DNA from: a virus
IMG/VR virus record: IMGVR_UViG_3300017774_005745
Location: 32,001-96,000 of that record
DNA: 64,000 bases
Reading direction: 5' to 3' (one strand)
A model generated the notes under the pieces. That model worked only from the letters and a program-made list of their open reading frames with translations, was not told the DNA's origin and did not search any database. Below, piece after piece: positions 8,719 through 16,967 of this stretch. Every line of letters begins with the position of its first letter. Position 1 is the first letter of the stretch. The position numbers and the translations under genes were made by a program.

Positions 8719-9740
8719 GGGCGCGGCACGAACTTAGCGAGGTACTCCTTGAAGGCAGGAGCAGTAGTCGCCTTTGCTTCGACAGCCGCTGCACCGACCG
8801 CAGGGTTGTGGAGATAGAGGTGATGGATTGCACCCATCATCAACTCCAACGTCCTCTGAGTCTCCTTCAGAGTAGTCTCCAGAGACGTCAGAGACTTGTT
8901 CTGAGAGTTGATTTGCTCAGAGAGATTACCCACGAACTGGGAGAAGTCCTTCTTGTGGAACTCCAGGTCCTTGCTCACATCCTGGAGACCCATCCCAATC
9001 GCATCGAGCTTCTTCGTCAGCTGATTTCCTGAGACTGCGATGTCCTGTGCTGCGACCTGCACTGGAGCTGCGGCAGGAAGCGGAGCGGGGAGAGGAGCAG
9101 GTGCTGGAGCGGGAAGTGGTGCTGCCTCCGCCGCTGCAGGGAACATCATGACCTGTGCCTGATAGACTGGAGCAGCGGCCGGAAGAGGTGCAGGTGCCAC
9201 GGTGATGGTCTGAGCTCCAGGAGGAGCCGCAGGAGCAGCCACAGGGGTTGCGACGACTGGCGGTGCCACGGCAGCCGTCAGACGAGGACCTGGGCGCTTC
9301 TTTCCGATTGGTGAGTTTTCCATAGGAGGAGGTTGAGGCTGGGGGACGGATTGGTTTGCAGGAACTTCGGGTGGAGGTTGTGGGGCGGCTTGAGGAGGCT
9401 GAATGAGAACAACGACAGACTGAGGCTGTTCGACAGGGGCTGCAGCAACTGGTACTGCGACTGCTCCTCTATCATCTACGAGCCACCCTTGCGCAAGCTC
9501 ATACTCAAGAAGCCTCTGTCGAACGAGGTTCCTGTCGTTGATGGAGTCGTTGTAGTCGCAGAAGGGCTTCCCGTCTGGATACACGTAACCCATTACAACA
9601 GAGCCATCTGGTTGCGTAATCTTGAGCCCCTCCGTGGCTGCTTTCCGAAGTGGAAAGAACAGGCAGTTCTTCATGGCCTGTTCTCGTTGTGAGTACGGCT
9701 GACCGATTGGGTTCGGCGGCAGTGTTATGGCTTCACTCAT
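8715..9740 (-). CDS. Pro/Ala-rich protein with C-terminal coiled coil
   Basis: 341-aa ORF with RBS (AAGGGAG); PAPAPAP linker; heptad-like C-terminus. Confidence 0.75.
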   Translation of the reverse strand: MSEAITLPPNPIGQPYSQREQAMKNCLFFPLRKAATEGLKITQPDGSVVMGYVYPDGKPFCDYNDSINDRNLVRQRLLEYELAQGWLVDDRGAVAVPVAAAPVEQPQSVVVLIQPPQAAPQPPPEVPANQSVPQPQPPPMENSPIGKKRPGPRLTAAVAPPVVATPVAAPAAPPGAQTITVAPAPLPAAAPVYQAQVMMFPAAAEAAPLPAPAPAPLPAPLPAAAPVQVAAQDIAVSGNQLTKKLDAIGMGLQDVSKDLEFHKKDFSQFVGNLSEQINSQNKSLTSLETTLKETQRTLELMMGAIHHLYLHNPAVGAAAVEAKATTAPAFKEYLAKFVPRP

Positions 9741-9948
9741 CTACATCTCCCTTAGATATCTCTGGTCTATCCAGCATTGCTTTGATTGAGAGCTTCTCAC
9801 CGTACTTTTGAATCGTCGCTTCTCTTGCCCTGAATACTGCTTCTGGAACTGGGTTGAACCTTGAGCATGTGTAGTCCGTCGCAACCTTTCGCTCATCCGT
9901 CTCGTTGCAGACGCTCAATCTTGAACAGCTAAGACAGAAGCCCCTCAT
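9733..9948 (-). CDS. Small Cys-containing hypothetical protein
   Basis: ATG overlaps the upstream TGA (ATGA); MRGFCLSCSRLSVC motif. Confidence 0.6.
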   Translation of the reverse strand: MRGFCLSCSRLSVCNETDERKVATDYTCSRFNPVPEAVFRAREATIQKYGEKLSIKAMLDRPEISKGDVDE

Positions 9949-10265
9949 CCGAGGTTCACCAATTCTTTGTTCGGACTGAAGCACGCTGCGTGTCTTCCCT
10001 CCGAACAAGGATACGTTGTGCATTTCCCATCGCACCCCGGAAGTTGGCTTCTAGTCTTTTCCCAGTGCTTTTCAATGAATTTCTGAAGAAGCTCTCTCGT
10101 GTGTTTTGTATCAGCGTAGTGTTGCGGCTCGGGGTCTATCTCCCCTCGAACGATTTTGAAGAGGGTGTCCCTTGGGAGTCCTCTTCTGATTCGCCCAAGT
10201 CCCTGCTGATACGCAAGTTGAAGGAGCTCCGATTCGTTGCACTCCAGCAGAGGTGTGTCATCCAT
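9945..10265 (-). CDS. Hypothetical protein with Rho-N/HeH-like N-terminal helices and C-terminal Cys cluster
   Basis: TAATG-coupled start at 10265; LLECNESELLQLAYQQGLGRIRRGLPRDTLFKIV; CDGKCTTYPC. Confidence 0.65.
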   Translation of the reverse strand: MDDTPLLECNESELLQLAYQQGLGRIRRGLPRDTLFKIVRGEIDPEPQHYADTKHTRELLQKFIEKHWEKTRSQLPGCDGKCTTYPCSEGRHAACFSPNKELVNLG

Positions 10266-10681
10266 TAGTCGTCCATGTTGTCTTCTTCTCGAAACCGAGC
10301 CCACCTCGAAATCCAGCCGTCCTTGGACTTATCAATCTCCAACTTGGCCAGCTCTTCTCGTGATGGGCAACTACCACAGAAAGGGAAAGGGCGTTCTTTG
10401 CATGTTGCAAGTTCGGTTACTTCATACCTATCTGGAGGCTTTCCCTGCCAAAGGTCCGTTACGTTCTTCCATCGAGGGCATTGTACTTGTTCGAGCTTCT
10501 TCTCTGGGGTGTCGAACACGAGTGCGAACTTACTGTTCGGGCATACGTGACATTCTTCCCGAAGTCTCATTAAGCACAGAGCACGATGACGGGACTCGAC
10601 TATCTCTTGGTCTTCTTTGACGGGCCTACAATCTGCATACTTCGCCCTATCCCCAAGCACTAGTTTCTTTTCGTCACTCAA
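10265..10681 (-). CDS. Cys-rich hypothetical protein
   Basis: 138 aa, TTG start with AAGGA RBS; CHVC, CPRW, CGSC motifs. Confidence 0.7.
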   Translation of the reverse strand: MSDEKKLVLGDRAKYADCRPVKEDQEIVESRHRALCLMRLREECHVCPNSKFALVFDTPEKKLEQVQCPRWKNVTDLWQGKPPDRYEVTELATCKERPFPFCGSCPSREELAKLEIDKSKDGWISRWARFREEDNMDD

Positions 10682-10692
10682 AGGTGTCCTTG

Positions 10693-11142
10693 CTAGACCC
10701 CGAACAGCTTAGGACTTACCTCCTCTATCTCAATCTCCACCCGCTCATTGAGTGGGTCTTGATGCTTTTCTTGAGAAGCTGCGAAGGTCCGAGAGTCATC
10801 AATATCGATGGCGTCTCGAACGCAGTCCTCCAGAAGCTTAATCCTGTTCGACAGGTCTATTCTCTTATACCTATCCTTCGCTCTCTTTGACGGAGGGAAA
10901 TTCTCATTCTCGAACGTCTCGTTGACGAGAGTCTTGAAGAAGAATCGAAGGTGAAGCGCAAAGAGTCCCTTGGGATTCAGTTGATTGATTTCGTGCAGGT
11001 GGTTCTTTGCAGCCCAGGATGCGAACGTCTCTGCGTACTCTCGTGCTACTCCTGTAAGAATAGTACCTCTGAAGTAGATCTTGTTAGAGGTAGGAGGCAA
11101 CACGGAGTACACCATCTTCATGTGTTCTTTGTAGCCGCTCAT
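10693..11142 (-). CDS. rusA: RusA-family Holliday junction resolvase
   Basis: RIDLSNRIKLLEDCVRDAIDIDDS matches the RusA D-x-x-N-x-x-K-x-x-x-D...DD catalytic pattern. Confidence 0.75.
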   Translation of the reverse strand: MSGYKEHMKMVYSVLPPTSNKIYFRGTILTGVAREYAETFASWAAKNHLHEINQLNPKGLFALHLRFFFKTLVNETFENENFPPSKRAKDRYKRIDLSNRIKLLEDCVRDAIDIDDSRTFAASQEKHQDPLNERVEIEIEEVSPKLFGV

Positions 11143-12002
11143 GAAAGCATGACCTTGCCGCCTTCTTCCATCTTGTTGATGAACTCATCCAGCTTTCTTC
11201 CGAGCAACTGGTGCTTGGTGCCCATGACTGCGAACGGCTCCATCAGGTCACGACGAGACACTTCCAGAGACTTCAGCACGTCTCTGATGGCCGCCATCTC
11301 CGTCCGTGAGAACGTCACGGCGTACAGGTCATTCTCTTCGAAGAGCTCATACGTTCGAGGGAACAGGCTCTTGACGATGGTTCCAACTGCCTCTGCGAAC
11401 ACTCGAATCTCGAACTGAGCGTTTGGACGAAGGCGCAGATTCAAGAACCCGAGCCAGTTCCTCAGATTCGCCTTGGCCCTCATCTTCGAGTAGCGGCTGA
11501 CCGGGGTGTTGAGACGGGCAATCTCTTTGGATACGCCCTCGGTCAACATCTGTTCGTAGTGGCTGTACGTTTGCTCTTGCTCGTACTGCAACTCTTCAAG
11601 TGTCACTTTGACGTAGTCTTCCGGGAATGACTCTTCACCAGTTCCTTGTTTGTTTTGCCCGCTCTGCTTCTTCAAACGGCTCTGGTCCGGCATGTAGTGG
11701 AGGTTGGGCATCTGCGAGTAGCGTGCAGAGAACTCGTTGTAGCTCTGCGTACGATGCCGCTGCCACTCTCGGAAAACAAGAAGAGGGGCCTGGACTTCGA
11801 TACAGATTTCCCCCATCTCGAATGGGGTTGCGTGCTTCTTCCGCCAGAGGAAGTCCAAAAGGGACGCGTCCTTCTCCCACCCCTCGAAGCCTCTTCCAGT
11901 GCTCATTCGAGCGGCTTCAATGACGCTCTCATCCGAACCCATCGAATCGATGTACTTCACGTACCCGTGGTCGAGTACTTGAATCGTGTGACCTTTGTCC
12001 AT
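11139..12002 (-). CDS. thyX: FAD-dependent thymidylate synthase
   Basis: HATPFE and RHRTQSYNEFSARY (ThyX RHR-x7-S-x-R signature); LRLRPNAQFEIR. Confidence 0.95.
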   Translation of the reverse strand: MDKGHTIQVLDHGYVKYIDSMGSDESVIEAARMSTGRGFEGWEKDASLLDFLWRKKHATPFEMGEICIEVQAPLLVFREWQRHRTQSYNEFSARYSQMPNLHYMPDQSRLKKQSGQNKQGTGEESFPEDYVKVTLEELQYEQEQTYSHYEQMLTEGVSKEIARLNTPVSRYSKMRAKANLRNWLGFLNLRLRPNAQFEIRVFAEAVGTIVKSLFPRTYELFEENDLYAVTFSRTEMAAIRDVLKSLEVSRRDLMEPFAVMGTKHQLLGRKLDEFINKMEEGGKVMLS

Positions 12003-12010
12003 GTGCTCTC

Positions 12011-12277
12011 CTATGAGATGTCTATTCTCTCTAGTTTTTCTCTCATCACCTGCAGCGCTTCTGGGGTCTGAATACCCTCCCCAAGGACGTGGTAGCCAGA
12101 AGATGCGTGTGACCCATTCTTCTTAATCAGCACGTAACCAACACCTCGGTAGCCGCGCTCCGCGACCCGATTCAGTACAACGATGGCCCAGCGTGTTCCC
12201 TCAGCAACGACACTCGGGTTCAGGTCTGAGAAGGAGTCTCCGTAGTACTTCTTGAGCCAATCTGGTGTAGTGGACAT
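12011..12277 (-). CDS. Hypothetical protein (88 aa)
   Basis: ORF fills the gap between tmk and thyX; GGAG RBS. Confidence 0.65.
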   Translation of the reverse strand: MSTTPDWLKKYYGDSFSDLNPSVVAEGTRWAIVVLNRVAERGYRGVGYVLIKKNGSHASSGYHVLGEGIQTPEALQVMREKLERIDIS

Positions 12278-12278
12278 G

Positions 12279-12902
12279 TCACGTCTCCGAGTTTCTCAGT
12301 CGCCAATCTGCAATTGCTTGATTGATGGCAGATGTTGTCTCTTCTTTGGATTTTCTTGCATTGATGACGACCCACTCAGCCGGACGTTTTTGACCCATGT
12401 CTTGCCAGAGTTTTCGATAGTTCATAATCACTTGCCGAATGAGCAGCGGGTCTTTCTCGTACCTATCTCTGCGTTCTGACCGTCTCTCCGTGCTATCGTC
12501 TGGCTCGATATCGAGCAAAAGAAACAGGTCAGGTTGTGGGAGATATTCATGCAGGTCGATGAGGTACTGCCCGTCAAGACCGTCTGCCATACCGTATGCG
12601 TACCCACTCGGCCAGTACCTATCCAGTACGACATTCTTACTCTTGAGCTTACTTAGCTCTACCGCGAGCTCCATTCGGTTGGCGATTTGAAGTGACTGAA
12701 ACACCAGCGCATTGATGGGCTCTGGACTTTTGAATCCAGGCCGCAAGATACTCCACTCTCCTTCGAGGTTGGAGTAGATGAGCTGTCCAGTTGGAGAGTC
12801 CTTGTTTGGGAATTTAAAGAATCTGGCATTCAAGTACTTCGTGAGAAGACTCGCTTGAGTTGATTTCCCACACCCATCAACTCCCTCAATACATACCATC
12901 AT
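12279..12902 (-). CDS. tmk: Thymidylate (dTMP) kinase
   Basis: IEGVDGCGKST P-loop; FKFPN; ANRME; VVLDRY. Confidence 0.92.
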   Translation of the reverse strand: MMVCIEGVDGCGKSTQASLLTKYLNARFFKFPNKDSPTGQLIYSNLEGEWSILRPGFKSPEPINALVFQSLQIANRMELAVELSKLKSKNVVLDRYWPSGYAYGMADGLDGQYLIDLHEYLPQPDLFLLLDIEPDDSTERRSERRDRYEKDPLLIRQVIMNYRKLWQDMGQKRPAEWVVINARKSKEETTSAINQAIADWRLRNSET

Positions 12903-12908
12903 AGTGAG

Positions 12909-13487
12909 TCACCTTTTGAATGCAGATCTGAAGTTTGGAGTTACGTTACCTACGTTCTCCATTCTCTTTGCTCTTTCAATTCCTTGACCACGCTGAGTGA
13001 TTCTTCGAGACACCGTGTCCCAGTCAGACTGTCCCTTATCACGAATTGACTTCACGTACTCGTAGTAGCTGTAGCAGTAGAGATACCGAGCTTTTGCCTC
13101 AATTACTTTTGGATGGGTATTCATCATATCCGTCTTGTCCTGAGCAGTGATTTTCCCTTCCTGAGCTCGGACTGCGATTCGGATATGGCTTTGGATGAAC
13201 TCCAATTGTTGTTCCGCTACTCCCATCTTCGTCTCGGCCGTTACCAAGTCCATTTGAACGTAAGCGACCCACCCATTGAGTTTGTTGAGAAGCTCTCCAA
13301 GGGCATCATCGTCCAGATTCGTAATGGAGTCCGGCATGATTCCCATAAACCCATCGCTGGGCTTACCTTGAATCGGGTAGCCCTTCTCCAGGACGGCTCG
13401 AAACACATCATCTGCTACTTCGAGCTGCTTGAGGCCCGTACTCATATCCATCGGGTCTGCAACTCGAACGCTTCCAAGAGTCGGCAT
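12909..13487 (-). CDS. Helical protein, possible UvsY-like recombination mediator
   Basis: 192 aa, alpha-helical, ends ...DWDTVSRRITQR; sits in the recombination cluster. Family assignment is inference. Confidence 0.35.
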   Translation of the reverse strand: MPTLGSVRVADPMDMSTGLKQLEVADDVFRAVLEKGYPIQGKPSDGFMGIMPDSITNLDDDALGELLNKLNGWVAYVQMDLVTAETKMGVAEQQLEFIQSHIRIAVRAQEGKITAQDKTDMMNTHPKVIEAKARYLYCYSYYEYVKSIRDKGQSDWDTVSRRITQRGQGIERAKRMENVGNVTPNFRSAFKR

Positions 13488-13489
13488 GG

Positions 13490-14362
13490 CTATCCTTTCT
13501 TCATGTTCGCTTTGAACTGTTTCTCATACGTGGAACAAGTCATGACGTATGGGCAGTACTGGCAGTGGAATCCTGCCGTCGCTACAGGTGGCTTCTTTTC
13601 CTTGACCGCATCCAAGAGGACAAGAGCCTTCGTCTCAATCTGAAGCCAGGCATCCGGACTGAATTGCACCGGGAAGTCTGCCAGGTTCTGGTTGTCTTTG
13701 TTGAAGTACAAGTAGACGACGACTGGTCGATTCAGGCAGGCAGAGTATACCAATGCCTGCGTCTTGTGTTCGGGCTTTGGCTGCGTAAGCTTATCGAAGT
13801 TCCGGTCATTCATGGTCTTGTACTCGTGGATGATTCCCACTTCGTACACGACTGGCGACCCATCGATATCTACCGTGAGAATGTTCTCAGCGTCAGCATG
13901 TCCCTCAATCATGAGCCTCTCTGAGAGCTCTTGCAGAGTCTGAGAGAGGGTGGCCTCTGGTTCGTAGATAGGACCCCAAGCACCCGCCTTGCCGTAGGCT
14001 TGGAACATGTCGTGAACGGCATGTCCGAGGTCGAATACGAGCTGGGTCCTTGGGTCGAACGTACCTTGACCAGGTTCCCCCACCATCTCATTGTAAATCT
14101 TGAGAAGGCAGGGGTGTGGGAGTTGGGATGGATGCAGACCTGGGAGACGCGGCTCTGCTGCGAGCCAGCCTTTGGTCTCGCACTTCACGCAGGGAATCCA
14201 GTCCCCGAGTTTCAGTTCCTGTTTCTTCGCAGAGTGCCTGTCTTTGAGGAACTTAAACAGCCTCTCCTTGAGCTTTATGTTTTTGAGGATGAGTACCCGG
14301 ATATCAGGACTCAGCTCCATCCACTGGTCAATCGTATGAAGCTGAACGATGGGCTTACTCAA
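13490..14362 (-). CDS. Cas4-like / RecB-family PD-(D/E)xK exonuclease with Fe-S cysteines
   Basis: HPSQLPHPC, DLGHAVH, GHADAE, HEYKT, and C-terminal CQYCPYVMTC. Confidence 0.8.
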   Translation of the reverse strand: MSKPIVQLHTIDQWMELSPDIRVLILKNIKLKERLFKFLKDRHSAKKQELKLGDWIPCVKCETKGWLAAEPRLPGLHPSQLPHPCLLKIYNEMVGEPGQGTFDPRTQLVFDLGHAVHDMFQAYGKAGAWGPIYEPEATLSQTLQELSERLMIEGHADAENILTVDIDGSPVVYEVGIIHEYKTMNDRNFDKLTQPKPEHKTQALVYSACLNRPVVVYLYFNKDNQNLADFPVQFSPDAWLQIETKALVLLDAVKEKKPPVATAGFHCQYCPYVMTCSTYEKQFKANMKKG

Positions 14363-14726
14363 AGTCGGGTCCCTCGAATGATACTGGACGGCCTGCGGCC
14401 TTTTTCTCGGCTTCCTTCAAGTCGAGGTACTCTTGCCAGTCAATGACGGCAAATCTCTTACCGGCTACGGTCCCTTGGAACTCAATCTGAAACGCCCACC
14501 CTTCGTCACCTCCCATGAGCGCCTCAGCCTTGATTTTCTCCAGGTCGTGCAGCTTGAGGTAGTAAGACTTAGCCGAGGTAGTCTTGCACTCAACGCGAAG
14601 CTTTCGAGCGTTTCTTACGTCCCCCTTGTAGAACTCTGGAGCTCCCGACCCCGGCTGAACCTGTCCTCCGATATCCTTTGCTGCTCTTCTTTCCTGGAGA
14701 ACGCTTTTTCTTTTGATTCGCTGCAT
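14355..14726 (-). CDS. Hjc-like PD-(D/E)xK nuclease / resolvase
   Basis: QERRAAKDIGGQVQPGSGA...KGDVR...VECKTT; start at 14726 chosen, with 14765 as an alternative. Confidence 0.7.
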   Translation of the reverse strand: MQRIKRKSVLQERRAAKDIGGQVQPGSGAPEFYKGDVRNARKLRVECKTTSAKSYYLKLHDLEKIKAEALMGGDEGWAFQIEFQGTVAGKRFAVIDWQEYLDLKEAEKKAAGRPVSFEGPDFE

Positions 14727-15018
14727 AGGTCGTGAGCTCTCTTTCGTACCAGACGTTGATTGCAATGCTGAGGTTGTTGAACACTACCTTTGCGCTCTTA
14801 TGGTACGAGGCGTACTCCGCTCCATCATGAGTGACAGATGCAGCGAAGACGTCATTCTCAAGGTGGTGTTGGAAGAAGAACTCGACTTTCTTCCCAGATA
14901 CCTGGGCAAGTCCTGCTCCGAGGAGGAAAGGAGACAATGCCCACTCAGCATTCTTGAGCGCGTTTCCAGTCCTAGATGGGTGGAACGTAACAGCAGACTT
15001 GAAGTCGAGGTTTCTCAT
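14590..15018 (-). CDS. Hypothetical protein
   Basis: TAATG-coupled to the recA stop; the first ~100 aa look globular, and the basic tail overlaps the Hjc-like gene. Confidence 0.5.
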   Translation of the reverse strand: MRNLDFKSAVTFHPSRTGNALKNAEWALSPFLLGAGLAQVSGKKVEFFFQHHLENDVFAASVTHDGAEYASYHKSAKVVFNNLSIAINVWYERELTTYAANQKKKRSPGKKSSKGYRRTGSAGVGSSRVLQGGRKKRSKASR

Positions 15019-16313
15019 TACCCATCCCATTCGTTGTACTTGATATCAATTCCAAGCTTCGTAAAGCACTGCTGCCGGATGTGATTGAGGAGACTGTCTG
15101 CTTCTCCCTTGGCAGCCTTCTCCGTTGCATCCTTCTTGAGCAATTCGAGGAATGCGTCTCGTCCGTTTGCCCGGCCCAAGTACTCTGCGGGATTCTCTGG
15201 GTCTCTGATTCCCATCCAAGCCCCTGCGGTCTCGATGACCCCGTGTGTCACACCAGCCATGAGGTAGTCGATGTAGAGGTCGATGTTCGCAGTTTCGAAG
15301 TTGAATACGAAGGTACCTCGTCCGCCCTCGTGCATACCCGCCTTGCCTTTGACAATCTTCCAGTTGACCTCTTTGCCGTAGGCACGGAACCGCTGTCTCC
15401 AACCTTCAGGAGTGTAGACCGCCTCTTCTTGACCGAGTTGCTTTCCTCCTTCGACGTAGAGGTCTACGAGCTTGGCATGTTCGAGTGCATTCCCACCTGG
15501 AGCCTTGTAGGGAGCGTTCGGGTCTTTGATGTTATCTCGAACCTGATTGACCGCTAGGATGCACGTATCACGGACCTGTCCCCAGTCCGTATTCATCGTG
15601 AGCATGTTCGTCATCTTCTTCAAGAAAGTCGTATTCGGTGCAGACGTTCCACCGTACGTCTTGTCCTTGGTCGACTCGTTCTCTTGCTCTGCATCTGCGA
15701 GTGCGTTGCCGATGCTGTCGATAATAACCAGGTGGTACGTGTTCTCTTCGATTGCCTGAAGAATGACGTCGTAGAAGTCTTCAGCAGCCATTGCGTGTAG
15801 TTCGTGAATCGTACCAATCTGAGGACCGAGTTCGGCAATCTCTTTCTTGGTAAGGGGAGGAAGTCCCTTCTCTTTGCGACTCATGTTCAGCGCATGAATC
15901 TCGTCCTGGCCGAGGGCGATTTGGACTCCAAGCTTTCTTGCTTGAGAACGGTCGGCTGGAATCTCAGTCATAGCAAGAAGGACCATCATCTTCTCACCGA
16001 TGAAGTACTGCAGTTGGCGAATAGCCTGCCATGCCAACATGGTCTTCCCGGCGTTTCTCCGCCCGATGACCTGACTCAGTCCACCTGCAGGGAAGCCTCC
16101 ACGAAGCTCCAAGTCCAACGTGAGAATGCCAGTTGGGATTCTCTTCGTGAGGTATGGAAGACGGTACTCAGACGCAGACTGAAGAATGGCCCTGCCTCTC
16201 ATCTTCTTGTTGACGTTATCCATCAACACAGCCGCACGTTGGTCCCTTGGAAGGATAGGACCACCCTTCGGCTTCTTCTCTGCCTTCTCTTCGTCCTTCT
16301 TCTTGTTGGCCAT
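15018..16313 (-). CDS. recA: RecA/UvsX-family recombinase
   Basis: IPTGILTLDLEL-GG; GRRNAGKT Walker A; LVIIDSI Walker B; NQVRD...PGGNALEH. Confidence 0.92.
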   Translation of the reverse strand: MANKKKDEEKAEKKPKGGPILPRDQRAAVLMDNVNKKMRGRAILQSASEYRLPYLTKRIPTGILTLDLELRGGFPAGGLSQVIGRRNAGKTMLAWQAIRQLQYFIGEKMMVLLAMTEIPADRSQARKLGVQIALGQDEIHALNMSRKEKGLPPLTKKEIAELGPQIGTIHELHAMAAEDFYDVILQAIEENTYHLVIIDSIGNALADAEQENESTKDKTYGGTSAPNTTFLKKMTNMLTMNTDWGQVRDTCILAVNQVRDNIKDPNAPYKAPGGNALEHAKLVDLYVEGGKQLGQEEAVYTPEGWRQRFRAYGKEVNWKIVKGKAGMHEGGRGTFVFNFETANIDLYIDYLMAGVTHGVIETAGAWMGIRDPENPAEYLGRANGRDAFLELLKKDATEKAAKGEADSLLNHIRQQCFTKLGIDIKYNEWDG

Positions 16314-16483
16314 TACTTGTCTTTCTTTTCAAAGGGCTCAGTGCCGCAGTTCGCGCACCACAGGAGGAACTGATTGTTCTCGACAAGCTCGCTGTTGCAC
16401 TTCGGACAGTGTGTCAATCGAGCTGCAGTTTTCTCTCCGGGCTTTGGTTCTGGCTTTTCTTGGACAACGGCATATTTCTCCAT
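16313..16483 (-). CDS. Small zinc-ribbon protein (56 aa; missed by the ORF track)
   Basis: GGAGG RBS; MEKYAVVQEKPEPKPGEKTAARLTHCPKCNSELVENNQFLLWCANCGTEPFEKKDK; TAATG-coupled to recA. Confidence 0.75.
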   Translation of the reverse strand: MEKYAVVQEKPEPKPGEKTAARLTHCPKCNSELVENNQFLLWCANCGTEPFEKKDK

Positions 16484-16731
16484 TTTGACTTCCTCCCAGT
16501 GTAGAGCCGTACTGTATTGGTTTCAGCTTTCTCTTTCTTCGATTGAAACTTGTACGTCCTCTTCTTGAGAGTCTTCAAGCGAAGTGTACCGTAGCCAATC
16601 AGCTTGACTTCTTCGCCTCGCTGAAGAGCGGCAGTTATCTCCTTGAGAATCTCTACGTATATATTCCCGATGAGGTTCGTGTTGAGTTTCAGTGCCACCC
16701 CGACTTGCTGTACTATTTGAACACCCGTCAC
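16414..16731 (-). CDS. HU/IHF-like DNA-binding protein
   Basis: GTG start with AAGGAG RBS; ILKEITAALQRGEEVKLIGYGTL matches the HU fold signature. Confidence 0.75.
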   Translation of the reverse strand: MTGVQIVQQVGVALKLNTNLIGNIYVEILKEITAALQRGEEVKLIGYGTLRLKTLKKRTYKFQSKKEKAETNTVRLYTGRKSKWRNMPLSKKSQNQSPERKLQLD

Positions 16732-16967
16732 GGGTTCTCTCCTTTGATGATTCTTAGAATGACTCTCGGACTCACTACTTCCGTTTTGAGGGCTATCTCG
16801 GTCATTCGTCTTTTCGGTATGTCGTAGTGAGCAAGTCTCCCAGCATGGAACCAACATCGTGTGATACCAAGATGCGACGCCATCTGGTGCAGTCCCTCTA
16901 TTGAGTAGGGGAAGCACACCAGATGGCGTTGATTGTCTGAGAGATACCTTACTTCGCCGTTGCCCAT
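16728..16967 (-). CDS. DUF4031-like small protein
   Basis: EGLHQMASHLGITRCWFH...HYDIPKRR pattern. Confidence 0.65.
   Translation of the reverse strand: MGNGEVRYLSDNQRHLVCFPYSIEGLHQMASHLGITRCWFHAGRLAHYDIPKRRMTEIALKTEVVSPRVILRIIKGENP

Noticed and set aside
9090-9400. Tandem DNA repeats in Pro/Ala-rich coding stretches (also EEPAAEEPAAEE at about 57265-57300)
   Set aside because: Imperfect codon-level repeats explained by low-complexity linkers; no regular repeat unit or spacer structure.
13490-14362. CRISPR-Cas locus suggested by the Cas4-like gene
   Set aside because: No repeat-spacer array and no cas1/cas2 or effector genes in the window; the context is recombination.
14590-14726. 45-codon overlap as a functional dual-coding region
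   Set aside because: The overlapping tail is low-complexity K/R/S/G sequence typical of out-of-frame read-through; there is no evidence of selection.
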